Assembly (NCBI GenBank): GCA_965203805.1
Contig: OZ241917.1
Location: forward strand, 2,272,001 to 2,336,000
Direction: 5' to 3'
DNA length: 64,000 nt
DNA from: Candidatus Latescibacterota bacterium
Lineage (GTDB): Bacteria; Latescibacterota; UBA2968; GCA-2709665
Made by a program: the position numbers and the translations under genes. Below are positions 21,041-30,427 of this stretch, one piece after another (positions within the stretch are counted from its first letter, which is position 1; each line of letters starts with the position of its first letter). The notes below the pieces were generated by a model, which was not told the DNA's origin, made no database searches, and saw only the letters and a program-made list of their open reading frames with translations.

Positions 21041-22459
21041 ATGCCGGAAGACACCCACAGAACCGACCTCCTCGTCATCGGCGGCGGGCCCGGCGGCTAC
21101 GCGGCCGCTTTCAGGTCGGCGGACCTCGGCGTCCCCGTCACCCTGGTGGAGGCCGACGAGCGCCTCGGGGGCACCTGCCTGCTCCGGGGTTGCATCCCGT
21201 CCAAAGCGCTGCTTCACGTCGCGAGTCTGATTTCGGAATCGCGTGAAGCCGCGGCGTGCGGGCTGACGTTTGCCGAACCGGAAATCGATCTGGACAAGAT
21301 GAGGAAGTGGAAAGACGGAATCCTCGCCAAGCTCTCACGCGGCCTCGATGCCCTTTGCAAACGTCGAAAAGTAACGCGGGTTCGAGGCCGCGCCGCCTTC
21401 GAGTCTTCCAGCCGGATCCGCATTTCGGGGAATGACGACGTCTCTCATATTGACTTCGTCCATGCCATCGTGGCCACGGGGTCCCGACCCGCGGTGCCTC
21501 CGGTCTTCGCCATTAACAGTTCGAAGATCCTGGATTCGGACAGGGCGCTGGAACTGGATCACATTCCGGATCGTCTGCTGGCCGTCGGCGGCGGCATCAT
21601 CGGTCTGGAGCTGAGCACCGTCTACGCACAACTCGGAAGCCGGGTGACGCTGGTCGAAATCACGGGCGGCCTCCTGCCGGGTGTGGACCGGGACCTGGTC
21701 AAACCCCTGCAAAAACGCCTCCAGGGCGTGTTCGACGGCATCCATTGCAACACCGCCGTGGCCGACCTGGAAGAAGACGGCGGCGGCGTAACCGCGAGCT
21801 TCGACGGGGATTACCGGGACGGCCCACGGTCCTTCGACAACATTCTGGTCTCGGCCGGCCGGGTCCCCAACACCGAAAACCTGGGCCTGGAGCATACCCG
21901 GGTAGGGCTCTCGGATGCCGGCTTCATTGTGGTCGACGATCGTCTGCGAACGGCCGACCGCCGTATCTTTGCGCTTGGTGACGTGGTCGACGGCCCCGGT
22001 CTCGCCCACAAGGCCGCCCACCAGGGGAAGGTTGCCGCAGAAGTCATCGCGGGGCAACCCGCGGCGTTTGACAGCGTCGTCCCCTCGGTTGTCTACACGG
22101 ACCCCGAAATCGCCTGGTGCGGGCTGACCGAAACCCTGGCGCGGGAGCAGGACCGGCCCGTCAAAATCGCCCGCTATCCCTGGGCCGCTTCGGGCCGTGC
22201 CGCCACGCTGGGCCGTACCGAGGGTCTCACGAAACTGATATTCGACCCTGAGACCCGACGAATCCTGGGGGCGGGGATCGTCGGCCCCAACGCGGGCGAG
22301 CTTATCGCGGAAGCCGTTCTTGGCATCGAAATGGCCGCTGTCGCCGACGACCTGTCACACACGATCCACCCCCATCCCTCCCTTTCCGAATCCCTGGGCA
22401 TCGCCGCCGAGATCCATCTGGGCACCGCGACCGACCTCTACGTCCCCAGAAAGAGGTAG
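21041..22459 (+). CDS. lpdA: Dihydrolipoamide dehydrogenase E3
   Basis: GGGPGGY, GGTCLLRGCIPSK, GGGIIGLE, HPHPSLSE. Confidence 0.96.
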   Translation: MPEDTHRTDLLVIGGGPGGYAAAFRSADLGVPVTLVEADERLGGTCLLRGCIPSKALLHVASLISESREAAACGLTFAEPEIDLDKMRKWKDGILAKLSRGLDALCKRRKVTRVRGRAAFESSSRIRISGNDDVSHIDFVHAIVATGSRPAVPPVFAINSSKILDSDRALELDHIPDRLLAVGGGIIGLELSTVYAQLGSRVTLVEITGGLLPGVDRDLVKPLQKRLQGVFDGIHCNTAVADLEEDGGGVTASFDGDYRDGPRSFDNILVSAGRVPNTENLGLEHTRVGLSDAGFIVVDDRLRTADRRIFALGDVVDGPGLAHKAAHQGKVAAEVIAGQPAAFDSVVPSVVYTDPEIAWCGLTETLAREQDRPVKIARYPWAASGRAATLGRTEGLTKLIFDPETRRILGAGIVGPNAGELIAEAVLGIEMAAVADDLSHTIHPHPSLSESLGIAAEIHLGTATDLYVPRKR

Positions 22460-22597
22460 CCGTCTTCACTCCCCTTGAACGCTCCTCTTGACCCTGTCTC
22501 ATGGGTCTCGCACTCTCACTCTGATCTTGATTCCGACGCTCAGAGCCGCGCACACAGTGCTTGAGGCGATTCAACGCTTCGACCCACAGAAATCATA

Positions 22598-22635
22598 TTG
22601 GCAAATGTCAGATTATATGATATATTTCTGACATT
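22598..22635 (+). promoter_or_regulatory. abiE promoter with inverted-repeat operator
   Basis: TTGGCA-N17-TATATT overlapped by AATGTCAGA-N14-TCTGACATT. Confidence 0.7.
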
Positions 22636-22648
22636 CAAGAGGTGGATC

Positions 22649-23245
22649 ATGTCCAGCCTGCCTAAACGGATTGTGAAGCTCGCTGCCGACTCACCGGAAG
22701 GCGCACCGCTGTCCCCAGGTGCTCTTCTTCACCTGGGAACCCGGGCGGCAATCGACCAGGCGTTGTCACGACTTGCCCGCAAAGGGGACCTCCTGCGGGT
22801 CTGCCACGGCGTCTATGTCCGGCCCATACAGACCCGATTCGGTCCTCGTCCGCCTGCAGTTGAGAAAGTGATCGCATCGCTGTCCACTCTATGGGGTGAT
22901 ACAATTGTACCCTGTGGGGGTGCGGCGGCGAACGCCCTTGGACTTACAACACAGGTGCCGGTGCGGTCGGTCTATCTGACATCCGGCGCCGGTCGCAAGT
23001 TGTACCTGGGCAAGTTGGCAGTGGAACTGCGCCATGCTCCGCGTTGGCAACTGGCAGCGCCGCACCGACCCGCCGGCGAGGTGGTTCGCGCCCTGTCATG
23101 GCTGGGTCCGGACGAAGTTAAGGCGGGCCTGGGCGTGATTGGGCGCAAGCTTTCAGCCGAAGACCTTGGCGAGTTGGCCGCATCGCGCGCCGTAATGCCG
23201 GCATGGATGGCGGAACCCGTAAGCGCAATGGTTGCCAATGGCTGA
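22649..23245 (+). CDS. Type IV TA antitoxin AbiEi (DUF6088-like)
   Basis: AIDQALSRLARKGDLLRVCHGVY wHTH, GAAAANALGLTTQVP..YLTSG; upstream of a nucleotidyltransferase. Confidence 0.88.
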   Translation: MSSLPKRIVKLAADSPEGAPLSPGALLHLGTRAAIDQALSRLARKGDLLRVCHGVYVRPIQTRFGPRPPAVEKVIASLSTLWGDTIVPCGGAAANALGLTTQVPVRSVYLTSGAGRKLYLGKLAVELRHAPRWQLAAPHRPAGEVVRALSWLGPDEVKAGLGVIGRKLSAEDLGELAASRAVMPAWMAEPVSAMVANG

Positions 23246-24254
23246 CACGCCGTTTCAAACCCTTTCCCCGGACGACCGGCGGGATGCCCTGAACGTGGCC
23301 TCCAGCCTCAGTGGGAAGCGTACCCATCTCCTGGAGAAGGATATATGGGTCGTGCACACTTTACGCGCCCTGATGGAGAGTCCTTACGGTCGAGACCTGA
23401 CCTTCAAGGGAGGCACCTCTCTGGCCAAGGCGTATCATGCCATCCGTCGATTTTCGGAAGACCTTGACGTCACCTATGGCATCCGATCCATCGCTGCCGA
23501 CCTCGTGGAGGGCGATGGGATAGACGCACTGCCATCCACGCGCAGTCAGGAGCGGAAGTGGACACGGGAAATCAGGCGACGCCTGGCCGATTGGGTGGAA
23601 ATTCATGCGCGGCCTACGATTGAGGCTAACCTGTCTGAATCCGGACTTTCCGCATGGATACGTGCCGACGGAGACCGGATATTCGTCAGCTATGAGCCGC
23701 TGTTCCCGGATTACGGATTCGTAAGGCCGGAAGTGTCGGTGGAGTTTGGGGGTCGTTCGACGGGGGAGCCTCGCGAAGAACGTCCTATAACGTGCGATGC
23801 CGCGCTATACGTATCGGAAATCGCATTCCCCTCGACCCATACGCTCGTCATGTTGCCGGAACGTACCTTCTGGGAGAAGGCCACGGCGGTGCACGTTTTT
23901 TGCCTCCAACAACGAAGCCGGGGCGAGAGGCTTTCCCGGCACTGGCATGACCTCTTCCACCTGGATGAAGCGGGTTTCGTCGAAAGGTCGCTCGTCGACC
24001 GAGGCCTGGCGATGTCGGTAGCACGACACAAAGCGATGTTCTTCCGCGAGAAGGACGCCGCAGGGAACTGGATCGACTACGAGGCTGCGGTATCTGGAGC
24101 ATTGCGGCTGGTGCCGCAAGGGTTGGCATATGAGGCGCTGGCTGACGACTACGGAAAGATGCTCAGCGATGGGATGTTGCTTGAAGACGAAGAGCGTTTC
24201 GAGACCGTAATGGACAGATGCGCCGAAATCGAGACGCGGGCGAATCGAAGATAA
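23238..24254 (+). CDS. Type IV TA toxin AbiEii/AbiGii nucleotidyltransferase
   Basis: LEKDIWV, FKGGTSLAKAY..IRRFSEDLD, ERTFWEKAT, SRHWHDL. Confidence 0.92.
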   Translation: MADTPFQTLSPDDRRDALNVASSLSGKRTHLLEKDIWVVHTLRALMESPYGRDLTFKGGTSLAKAYHAIRRFSEDLDVTYGIRSIAADLVEGDGIDALPSTRSQERKWTREIRRRLADWVEIHARPTIEANLSESGLSAWIRADGDRIFVSYEPLFPDYGFVRPEVSVEFGGRSTGEPREERPITCDAALYVSEIAFPSTHTLVMLPERTFWEKATAVHVFCLQQRSRGERLSRHWHDLFHLDEAGFVERSLVDRGLAMSVARHKAMFFREKDAAGNWIDYEAAVSGALRLVPQGLAYEALADDYGKMLSDGMLLEDEERFETVMDRCAEIETRANRR

Positions 24255-24374
24255 GCATAACTGACGTGCAGGCAGATCTCGGCTCCAATACCTCGTCCTA
24301 TTTTTTGGATCGCGGCGGGAGATGGGAATGGATCCGGATGTTTGTGAACCTTTGCTACCGGTGCCGTTGCTCTA

Positions 24375-27300
24375 TCATTTCAACAGCATCATTTTCCTGA
24401 CCGCCGTGAACCTGCCGCCACCCGCCACAAGACGGACGCAGTAGATCCCGCTGGACACTTCCCTCCCCGAGTCGTCCCTCCCGTCCCAGGTAGCCTGGTA
24501 ATAGCCGGCCTGCCGGTTGCCTTCGGCCAGCACGCGGACCCGCTGTCCGAGAAGATTGTAGACGATCAGCGAGATATTGCCGGCCTCGGGTAGCTGGTAA
24601 GCGATCTGACACTCGATATTGAACGGGTTCGGGAAACTCTGGTGCAGGGCGAATTCAGCGGGTTCGGCCGGCGAATCCCGCATGAAGCGACCGCCGATCT
24701 TCCATCCCGTCACCTCTCCCCGGTCCGTCCCGACGACCACGCCGTCCCCGGTTCTCAGGATGTGGGTCGGCCGACCCGTCGTCTTGCCCACACCGCCGAC
24801 CTCTCCTGATCCGTTCAGTACGATGACGCTGCCGTCTTCGCAGCCGGCTGCGACCCAGGCGGCTTCGTTGGCGCGCAGGAACGCCAGCACGGTGGGCGGG
24901 CTGTGCAGCCGGCGGGTCCAGACCCGCGCGCACCTTGCATCCAGCGCGACCACGAATCCCTTGGACGTCGCCGCGATAATCTCCTTCTTCCCGTCTCCGT
25001 CCAGGTCCCCGATGTCCAGGTCTCGCATGTTCTGCGCGGGGATCCGATTCCCCGGGCCGAAGTTCGCGCTATAGAGGGCGACGCCGTTCTCATCCCACAC
25101 GGTCACACGGTTCCACGTGCCGTTGATCTCGCTGATTACCTCTTTCGTCCCGTCTGCGTCCAGGTCTTCGTTGAAGATGTGCTTCCGGCTCATCGAGGCC
25201 CATCCGCCGATGTACGTATGGCCTGCCGGGACCCCGGCGAACCGGCCCCGGGTCACGTTCGTCGACCGACTGTTCACTACGGACAGCGAGTGCGAATCCG
25301 TGGGCTGCCGCGCGATCAGAAGATCGGCGCCGCCCCTGGGGCTCTCGATGAGTGCGAACCGGGTCCCGGGCCCCCAGAACACCGGCAGCCTCTCCTCCAG
25401 CTCTCCCCTTCCGTTCAGGATCTCCAGCGTACACGCGCTTCCCACAAATGCCTGGCTCTGCCCGTTTCGAAAGATCCCCGTGTGCAATCCGTGGATTCCT
25501 TCGTGACCCGGCGCGGTCTTGAACCAGTAGGTCTTCCCGGCCTGAAAGACCGCCGGATGCATTTCCGACACGAACGTCCACCTTCGTCTTCCCTCCAGGT
25601 CGAACGCGATCACCTGTTCGTCTCCGCACCCGGCCAGCAGCAACTGGAACGTATCCCACCAGCGCAGAACCCGGACCGGACCGTCGGTCCCGAAGAACCG
25701 ACCCTCCCGGCCGTCCGAAGTGAGCAGATGCACCCCTTTTTCCGCGCCGACGCCGACCCAGGTCCTGCCTTCGGCATCGAATGTAATCATGTCCGTGACC
25801 GCTGCGCCGATCTGCGCCGTGAGAGACATGGGCGCGGGCGGACCGTCCGGCACGGTGGGAGACGCGGGAGTATCCGCCTCGCGTCGACGCGCCGCCAGAG
25901 CCTGCGCCAACAACTCCGCCAGGCGGTCGACCGTCCCGGAGAGCACATCCGGATCGGGCGCCGCTCCCGTAAATTCATGCCGGCCTTCCGGCACGAGAAA
26001 AACGAAGCCGCTGTCGGAATCGGCGCCGGTCGCCAGCGGATGGCCGTTCATCCGGACCTCCGACGGTTCAGCGAACGCCGCGCGAACTCGGGTCTCCTCC
26101 GGTGTCGAGAGCATGGCGGTTCTCGAGCGAAAGTCCCAGTCCAGATCCACCGGCGAGGACGCTGAGAACAGGACCGCCTCCAGGCTCGCGGTCTTCAAGC
26201 CCGTACCGAAGAGATGATCGGCGGCCAGCAGAACGACGTCGCCCTGAATGCCGGAGTATTCACCGGAAACGGCAATCGCCGGTTCGGGAAGTCCCAGTAT
26301 CGCCGCCTGCGTATCCAGCCGCAGGCAGGCGACCGGCGCTCCCGCCGTGCCGTTCCCGGCAATCAGCGAAAAGAACGCGCGCTCCTCCCCGGACGACACG
26401 GCGCCTGTCCACACCAGGGATGCCGTTCTGCCGTTGATCATCATCTCCACGGGGTCCGAGGCACGGATGCCAAACCGGGTTCCGCCGGTCTGGATGTGCG
26501 GCGTACCGCCCTCTGAAGACGAATGCCATCGCCCTGGCGCCGTCCATTCTGTCCGCACCTCGAGGTTCGCGCTGTTCACCCGGAAACTCAGTTGGTCGAC
26601 AAACAACGCATACCTTCCCACGCGTTGCACGAGGGCGCGGCGCCAATTGCAGAACGGCGCGTCGGGCACTTCGGCGACGGCAACGGCCGTCCGGCCCAGC
26701 ACGTCCCGATAACGAAGCGCCGCGTCCATCGGGCTGTGCGCCTCCACCAGTCCGTCGGCCCCCGTCAGCACCTGATTTCCGTACCCTTCGAGTACGGTCT
26801 CCCCGTCCAGGCGCAGTTCCAGAACAGCAAACGCGTGGTAGGGATTCCGGGAGGCTCCGTTCAATCCGTCGATCAGGATGAAGTCCCCCGTCGCGCCGGT
26901 TGTGCTTCGAAAGCTCCCGAATTGGAACGAGTCCGAAATCGGCAGCCCGCTCGCCCGCCGTATCCACAGCGGCTCCGGCACCTGCAGGATGCTCCACTTT
27001 TGAGTAAGATCCGTCGGCTGGACCGGAACCATGTCGGACCCGGGCCAGAAGGACTGGCCCAGCCGGAACTTATTCAGATCCACTCCGGTCCGGCGCGCGT
27101 ATTCCAGGTATCGCCCGTCGCCCGTGAGATACGCGGCTTTGTGGAGATATCCGATGGAGGCGTAGCGAAGGGCCCAGTCGGGCTCGCGGCCGGAGATCAG
27201 CATCTCCTGCCCGCGCAGCAGCGTTTCCAGTACGCCGTTCCGCAGCGCGGCCCGTTCCCCCGAAATCAGCATATACGTGAAGATGGGGGCAATGCCGGTA

Positions 27301-28490
27301 CTGTACCAATACAGATTGTCGGCTTCGCCAAACACCCACGCGTGATCACGCAACGGTGAAAAATGCCACCCGGCGGCTGCCATCGAATGCTCCCAGAGCG
27401 TGTGGGGATACCCATTCTGAAAATAGCGGCCCAGACAGTAAAGCGAAACCGCCGACCACTGACCGTGGCGTGATCCGACCATGGATGGTGGGACGTCGTA
27501 ATCCCATACCCCGTTTTGCACGTTTTCGACGATTCGCCGTCTGGGGCCCTGGTCCTGCGGGTGGGCGAACTGTTTGGAAAAGGCATTGGTCACCCGCAAT
27601 CGCTCCGCGTCCGAAAATACCGGGCTCTCTTCAATCAGGTCCCAGTAGAGAATCATCATATGCGCGTTGTAGTGATACGGACCGCTGAGCGGCTCGTCCT
27701 TGTTCTCGATTCGCTCGCCGTCGATCGCGGCAATCTCCGATCTCGCCTTCGCATCCGGAAACGCCAGCCGGAGAAACTCCCGCGCATGGTGTTCTCTTCC
27801 GGTCATGTAGTACATCGCCATATGCTTGCTGATGCTGTTCCACCCGAAATAACCCACAGACCGGTATCCGGCCGAGGCCTCCCAGGTTTCGAAGTCCTCA
27901 AGCGCTTCGGGCACGTGCATCCCGTCCCCAAGCCGGATTTCCATAAGCCGGCCGACCGACAGGCCGGTGGCTCCCCCGGAATCTCCGGTCAGCTTTCGAA
28001 TAAACACGTCCGCCGCCTGAGCCACGCCGGCTGCATCGCTCCCGCCGACCGCAATCACGTTGCGGCCGTTTCCGAAGGGATTGTGGATCGATCGCACGAC
28101 ATAGCCGCCAGGACCCGGGTATTTCAGGTCCAGCAACGTGTAGTACAGATCGTACAACGCCGCTATGGTGCGATTCGTGGACCTGTTTCCCAGCACGATC
28201 AGGTTTTCCGTGATCGGCACCGAACCGGTGGGCAAGTCATCCCGCGCCACAGGGACCTCCACGCCGGTGCGTGAGAGAATGGCCCGCTGAATACGCGCCG
28301 CGTCGGCGTCATAGATTCCGCTTGAGGGGATCACGATGGTCGCGGCCGCCCTCCCGTTCTCGACCAGTACGGTCGTCAGATGAAGGTCTTTCAGGCTGCT
28401 GTATACAGGTGGGATCGACGCCGGGTCCGCGTACAGGGGCGCTGCCGCCGGGGGAAGGAGAAGGAGAAGGGATGCCATGCGCGCGAACAT
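24375..28490 (-). CDS. Large secreted multidomain protein with FG-GAP/beta-propeller region and C-terminal FlgD-Ig (PNPFN) domain
   Basis: Signal peptide MFARMASLLLLLP; DLDADG/DLDGDG Ca-binding repeats; tail FALHQSFPNPFN...IVYNLLGQRVRVL...WDGRDDSGREVSSGIY...KMMLLK. Confidence 0.8.
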   Translation of the reverse strand: MFARMASLLLLLPPAAAPLYADPASIPPVYSSLKDLHLTTVLVENGRAAATIVIPSSGIYDADAARIQRAILSRTGVEVPVARDDLPTGSVPITENLIVLGNRSTNRTIAALYDLYYTLLDLKYPGPGGYVVRSIHNPFGNGRNVIAVGGSDAAGVAQAADVFIRKLTGDSGGATGLSVGRLMEIRLGDGMHVPEALEDFETWEASAGYRSVGYFGWNSISKHMAMYYMTGREHHAREFLRLAFPDAKARSEIAAIDGERIENKDEPLSGPYHYNAHMMILYWDLIEESPVFSDAERLRVTNAFSKQFAHPQDQGPRRRIVENVQNGVWDYDVPPSMVGSRHGQWSAVSLYCLGRYFQNGYPHTLWEHSMAAAGWHFSPLRDHAWVFGEADNLYWYSTGIAPIFTYMLISGERAALRNGVLETLLRGQEMLISGREPDWALRYASIGYLHKAAYLTGDGRYLEYARRTGVDLNKFRLGQSFWPGSDMVPVQPTDLTQKWSILQVPEPLWIRRASGLPISDSFQFGSFRSTTGATGDFILIDGLNGASRNPYHAFAVLELRLDGETVLEGYGNQVLTGADGLVEAHSPMDAALRYRDVLGRTAVAVAEVPDAPFCNWRRALVQRVGRYALFVDQLSFRVNSANLEVRTEWTAPGRWHSSSEGGTPHIQTGGTRFGIRASDPVEMMINGRTASLVWTGAVSSGEERAFFSLIAGNGTAGAPVACLRLDTQAAILGLPEPAIAVSGEYSGIQGDVVLLAADHLFGTGLKTASLEAVLFSASSPVDLDWDFRSRTAMLSTPEETRVRAAFAEPSEVRMNGHPLATGADSDSGFVFLVPEGRHEFTGAAPDPDVLSGTVDRLAELLAQALAARRREADTPASPTVPDGPPAPMSLTAQIGAAVTDMITFDAEGRTWVGVGAEKGVHLLTSDGREGRFFGTDGPVRVLRWWDTFQLLLAGCGDEQVIAFDLEGRRRWTFVSEMHPAVFQAGKTYWFKTAPGHEGIHGLHTGIFRNGQSQAFVGSACTLEILNGRGELEERLPVFWGPGTRFALIESPRGGADLLIARQPTDSHSLSVVNSRSTNVTRGRFAGVPAGHTYIGGWASMSRKHIFNEDLDADGTKEVISEINGTWNRVTVWDENGVALYSANFGPGNRIPAQNMRDLDIGDLDGDGKKEIIAATSKGFVVALDARCARVWTRRLHSPPTVLAFLRANEAAWVAAGCEDGSVIVLNGSGEVGGVGKTTGRPTHILRTGDGVVVGTDRGEVTGWKIGGRFMRDSPAEPAEFALHQSFPNPFNIECQIAYQLPEAGNISLIVYNLLGQRVRVLAEGNRQAGYYQATWDGRDDSGREVSSGIYCVRLVAGGGRFTAVRKMMLLK

Positions 28491-28658
28491 TTCCACGATC
28501 CTTTTTCGCGCCCCGGTGCGCCTGAAGGCGCGGGGCGGTCGATGAGCCGCGAAAACGCTGATATGCAGAAATATACCCTGTTTGATGCGGAATGTATAGT
28601 CGTACCTGTTCAGTCGACGCATCGAAGAGGAGCGCCAGCGCTCGATGGTATTTTCGCC

Positions 28659-28687
28659 TTGACATCGAATGGTGCTATATGTAGTAT
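28659..28687 (+). promoter_or_regulatory. sigma70 promoter of the PIN/RHH TA pair (probably leaderless)
   Basis: TTGACA-N17-TAGTAT ending 7 nt before the GTG start; no RBS. Confidence 0.65.
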
Positions 28688-28693
28688 CACATT

Positions 28694-29122
28694 GTGGCCT
28701 CCATCAATGCCATCCTCGATACGAATGTGCTCTATGCGGGCTTGTATTCCTCTTTTGGGGCCTCGTATAGAGTCTTGAATGCGTTAGAGCAGGGCCGGAT
28801 CCAAATCGTCCTCTCGACGACCCTGGTTTTCGAATACGAAGAGGTATTGAAAAGAGATCAGGAAACACTGAATCTGACAGATAAGGAGATAGAGGTTCTG
28901 TTGGATGATCTTTGCCTGCGTAGTATTCACCAGGTCCTTTACTTTCATTGGCGACCTTGTTTATCGCATCCGAAAGACGATCATATTCTGGAATTGGCGG
29001 TGGCCTCTGCCAGCTCAACGATTATCACCCAAAATGTCAGGGATTTTAGGCAAGCGACGGCGTTCGGTATTCGAGCGATCACCCCAAGGCAATTATTGGA
29101 GGAACTGAAATGGGTGCATTGA
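28694..29122 (+). CDS. PIN-family toxin
   Basis: ILDTNVLYAG, LVFEYEEVL, PKDDHILELAV, IITQNVRDF. Confidence 0.9.
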   Translation: MASINAILDTNVLYAGLYSSFGASYRVLNALEQGRIQIVLSTTLVFEYEEVLKRDQETLNLTDKEIEVLLDDLCLRSIHQVLYFHWRPCLSHPKDDHILELAVASASSTIITQNVRDFRQATAFGIRAITPRQLLEELKWVH

Positions 29123-29346
29123 ACCTGCGATTGCCCGATTCTATCCATCGTCATATCAAAGAGATCGCTAAACACGAAGGGGTTTCCATCAATCAGTTTA
29201 TCTCGACCGCGGTATCGGAGAAAGTCTCAGCGATATTAACCGAGGAGTATTTGTCCGCGAGAGCCGGTCGAGCAAAAGAGGGGGCTCTCAAGAGTATCCT
29301 GGATCAGGTGCGTGACCGACCTCCTCTGCGGGAAGACAAGCTCTAA
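29110..29346 (+). CDS. HicB-like / RHH antitoxin
   Basis: LNLRLPDSIHRHIKEIAKHEGVSINQFISTAVSEK; overlaps the toxin stop (toxin-first order). Confidence 0.88.
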   Translation: MGALNLRLPDSIHRHIKEIAKHEGVSINQFISTAVSEKVSAILTEEYLSARAGRAKEGALKSILDQVRDRPPLREDKL

Positions 29347-29378
29347 CCTTTCCACACCTCTGTCCGGAAGGAAGGGAA

Positions 29379-30242
29379 ATGCGAAACCGTCCGTTCGGCA
29401 AGACGGGCATCCGTGTCAGCGAGGTCAGCCTGGGCGGCGCGTACATCGGCGGAACCGACCCCGATCGCCAGAGAGATAACGCGTCCGAGATCGTCCTTCG
29501 CGCGAAAGCACTCGGAATCAACTATATTGACACCGCGCCCCTGTATCGCGGAAGCGAAGCACTGTTCGGCTACGCACTGGAAGCCGCCCAAACGCCCATG
29601 CACGTCGCCACGAAGGTCGGCTATGACCCCGAAGATTTTGATTATCGCCGGGACAGTGTACTGCGCAGTCTGGAAAGAAGCCTCGAGCGACTGCGAATAT
29701 CGAAGCTCTTCACGGCCCAGATCCACCAGGTAAGCGAAGCCGGCTGGCAGCGCATCATGGAACGGGGCGGGACCCTCGAGGGATTGCGCGATGCGCAAAA
29801 GCTCGGCCTGTGCGACCATATCGGCATTACGGACAGGGCCATCCCACTTCTGGCAAAGCTCGCCCGGACAGGCGAGTTCGACTCCCTGCTCGTCTTCCTC
29901 GATTACCATCCCCTTTCGCAAAAAGCCGCCGAAGAGGTGATACCCGCCGCCGCCGAAAGCCAAATGGGTATTGTCGTTGCGACCGTGCTGGCGGGCGGGC
30001 TCTTTTCGGATGAACCCAGACGCAAGGCCGCGCTTGAAAATCTCGGAGACCGCGGGGAGCGCGCCAAAGCCGAGGGGATCATCGAAAGACTGAGTGAGGA
30101 GCCGGGGACCGTACCCCGGAACGCGTTCCGGTATGTCCTTGCGGACGCGAGGGTCAGCACGGTCTCGAGTGGTGCGGCAACGGCGGACGAACTGGAAGAC
30201 GTGGCGCGCGCATCGGACATGGAGCCGCTTGCGTGGCGATGA
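29379..30242 (+). CDS. Aldo/keto reductase
   Basis: GKTGIRVSEVSLG, GINYIDTAPLY, VATKVG, SLERSLERL. Confidence 0.92.
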   Translation: MRNRPFGKTGIRVSEVSLGGAYIGGTDPDRQRDNASEIVLRAKALGINYIDTAPLYRGSEALFGYALEAAQTPMHVATKVGYDPEDFDYRRDSVLRSLERSLERLRISKLFTAQIHQVSEAGWQRIMERGGTLEGLRDAQKLGLCDHIGITDRAIPLLAKLARTGEFDSLLVFLDYHPLSQKAAEEVIPAAAESQMGIVVATVLAGGLFSDEPRRKAALENLGDRGERAKAEGIIERLSEEPGTVPRNAFRYVLADARVSTVSSGAATADELEDVARASDMEPLAWR

Positions 30243-30427
30243 GGTAACCGCGGCGATACGGCCCGACCCGCCTTCCGGGTTTTCAGGGAACCATCGTCGG
30301 AGTTTCCGTGTCTTTCACGGGTGTGGAGTCCCTGTCAGAGCCCTTGGCGTCCTGTTGAATTCGAAGGCCGGAATCAACCCGGCCGCCGAACGGCGAACCC
30401 CTGCGTTACCGTGCGAAGGATTTGAGA

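Noticed and set aside
5623-21217. Long opposite-strand ORFs (5623..7107, 8133..9761, 13277..14488, 16940..18310, 18458..19762, 19985..21217)
   Set aside because: Antisense open frames typical of high-GC genes; they lie over well-supported CDSs and have no motifs.
22480-22535. Pyrimidine-rich hexamer-like tract before abiE
   Set aside because: Too degenerate to define a repeat unit or an insertion boundary.
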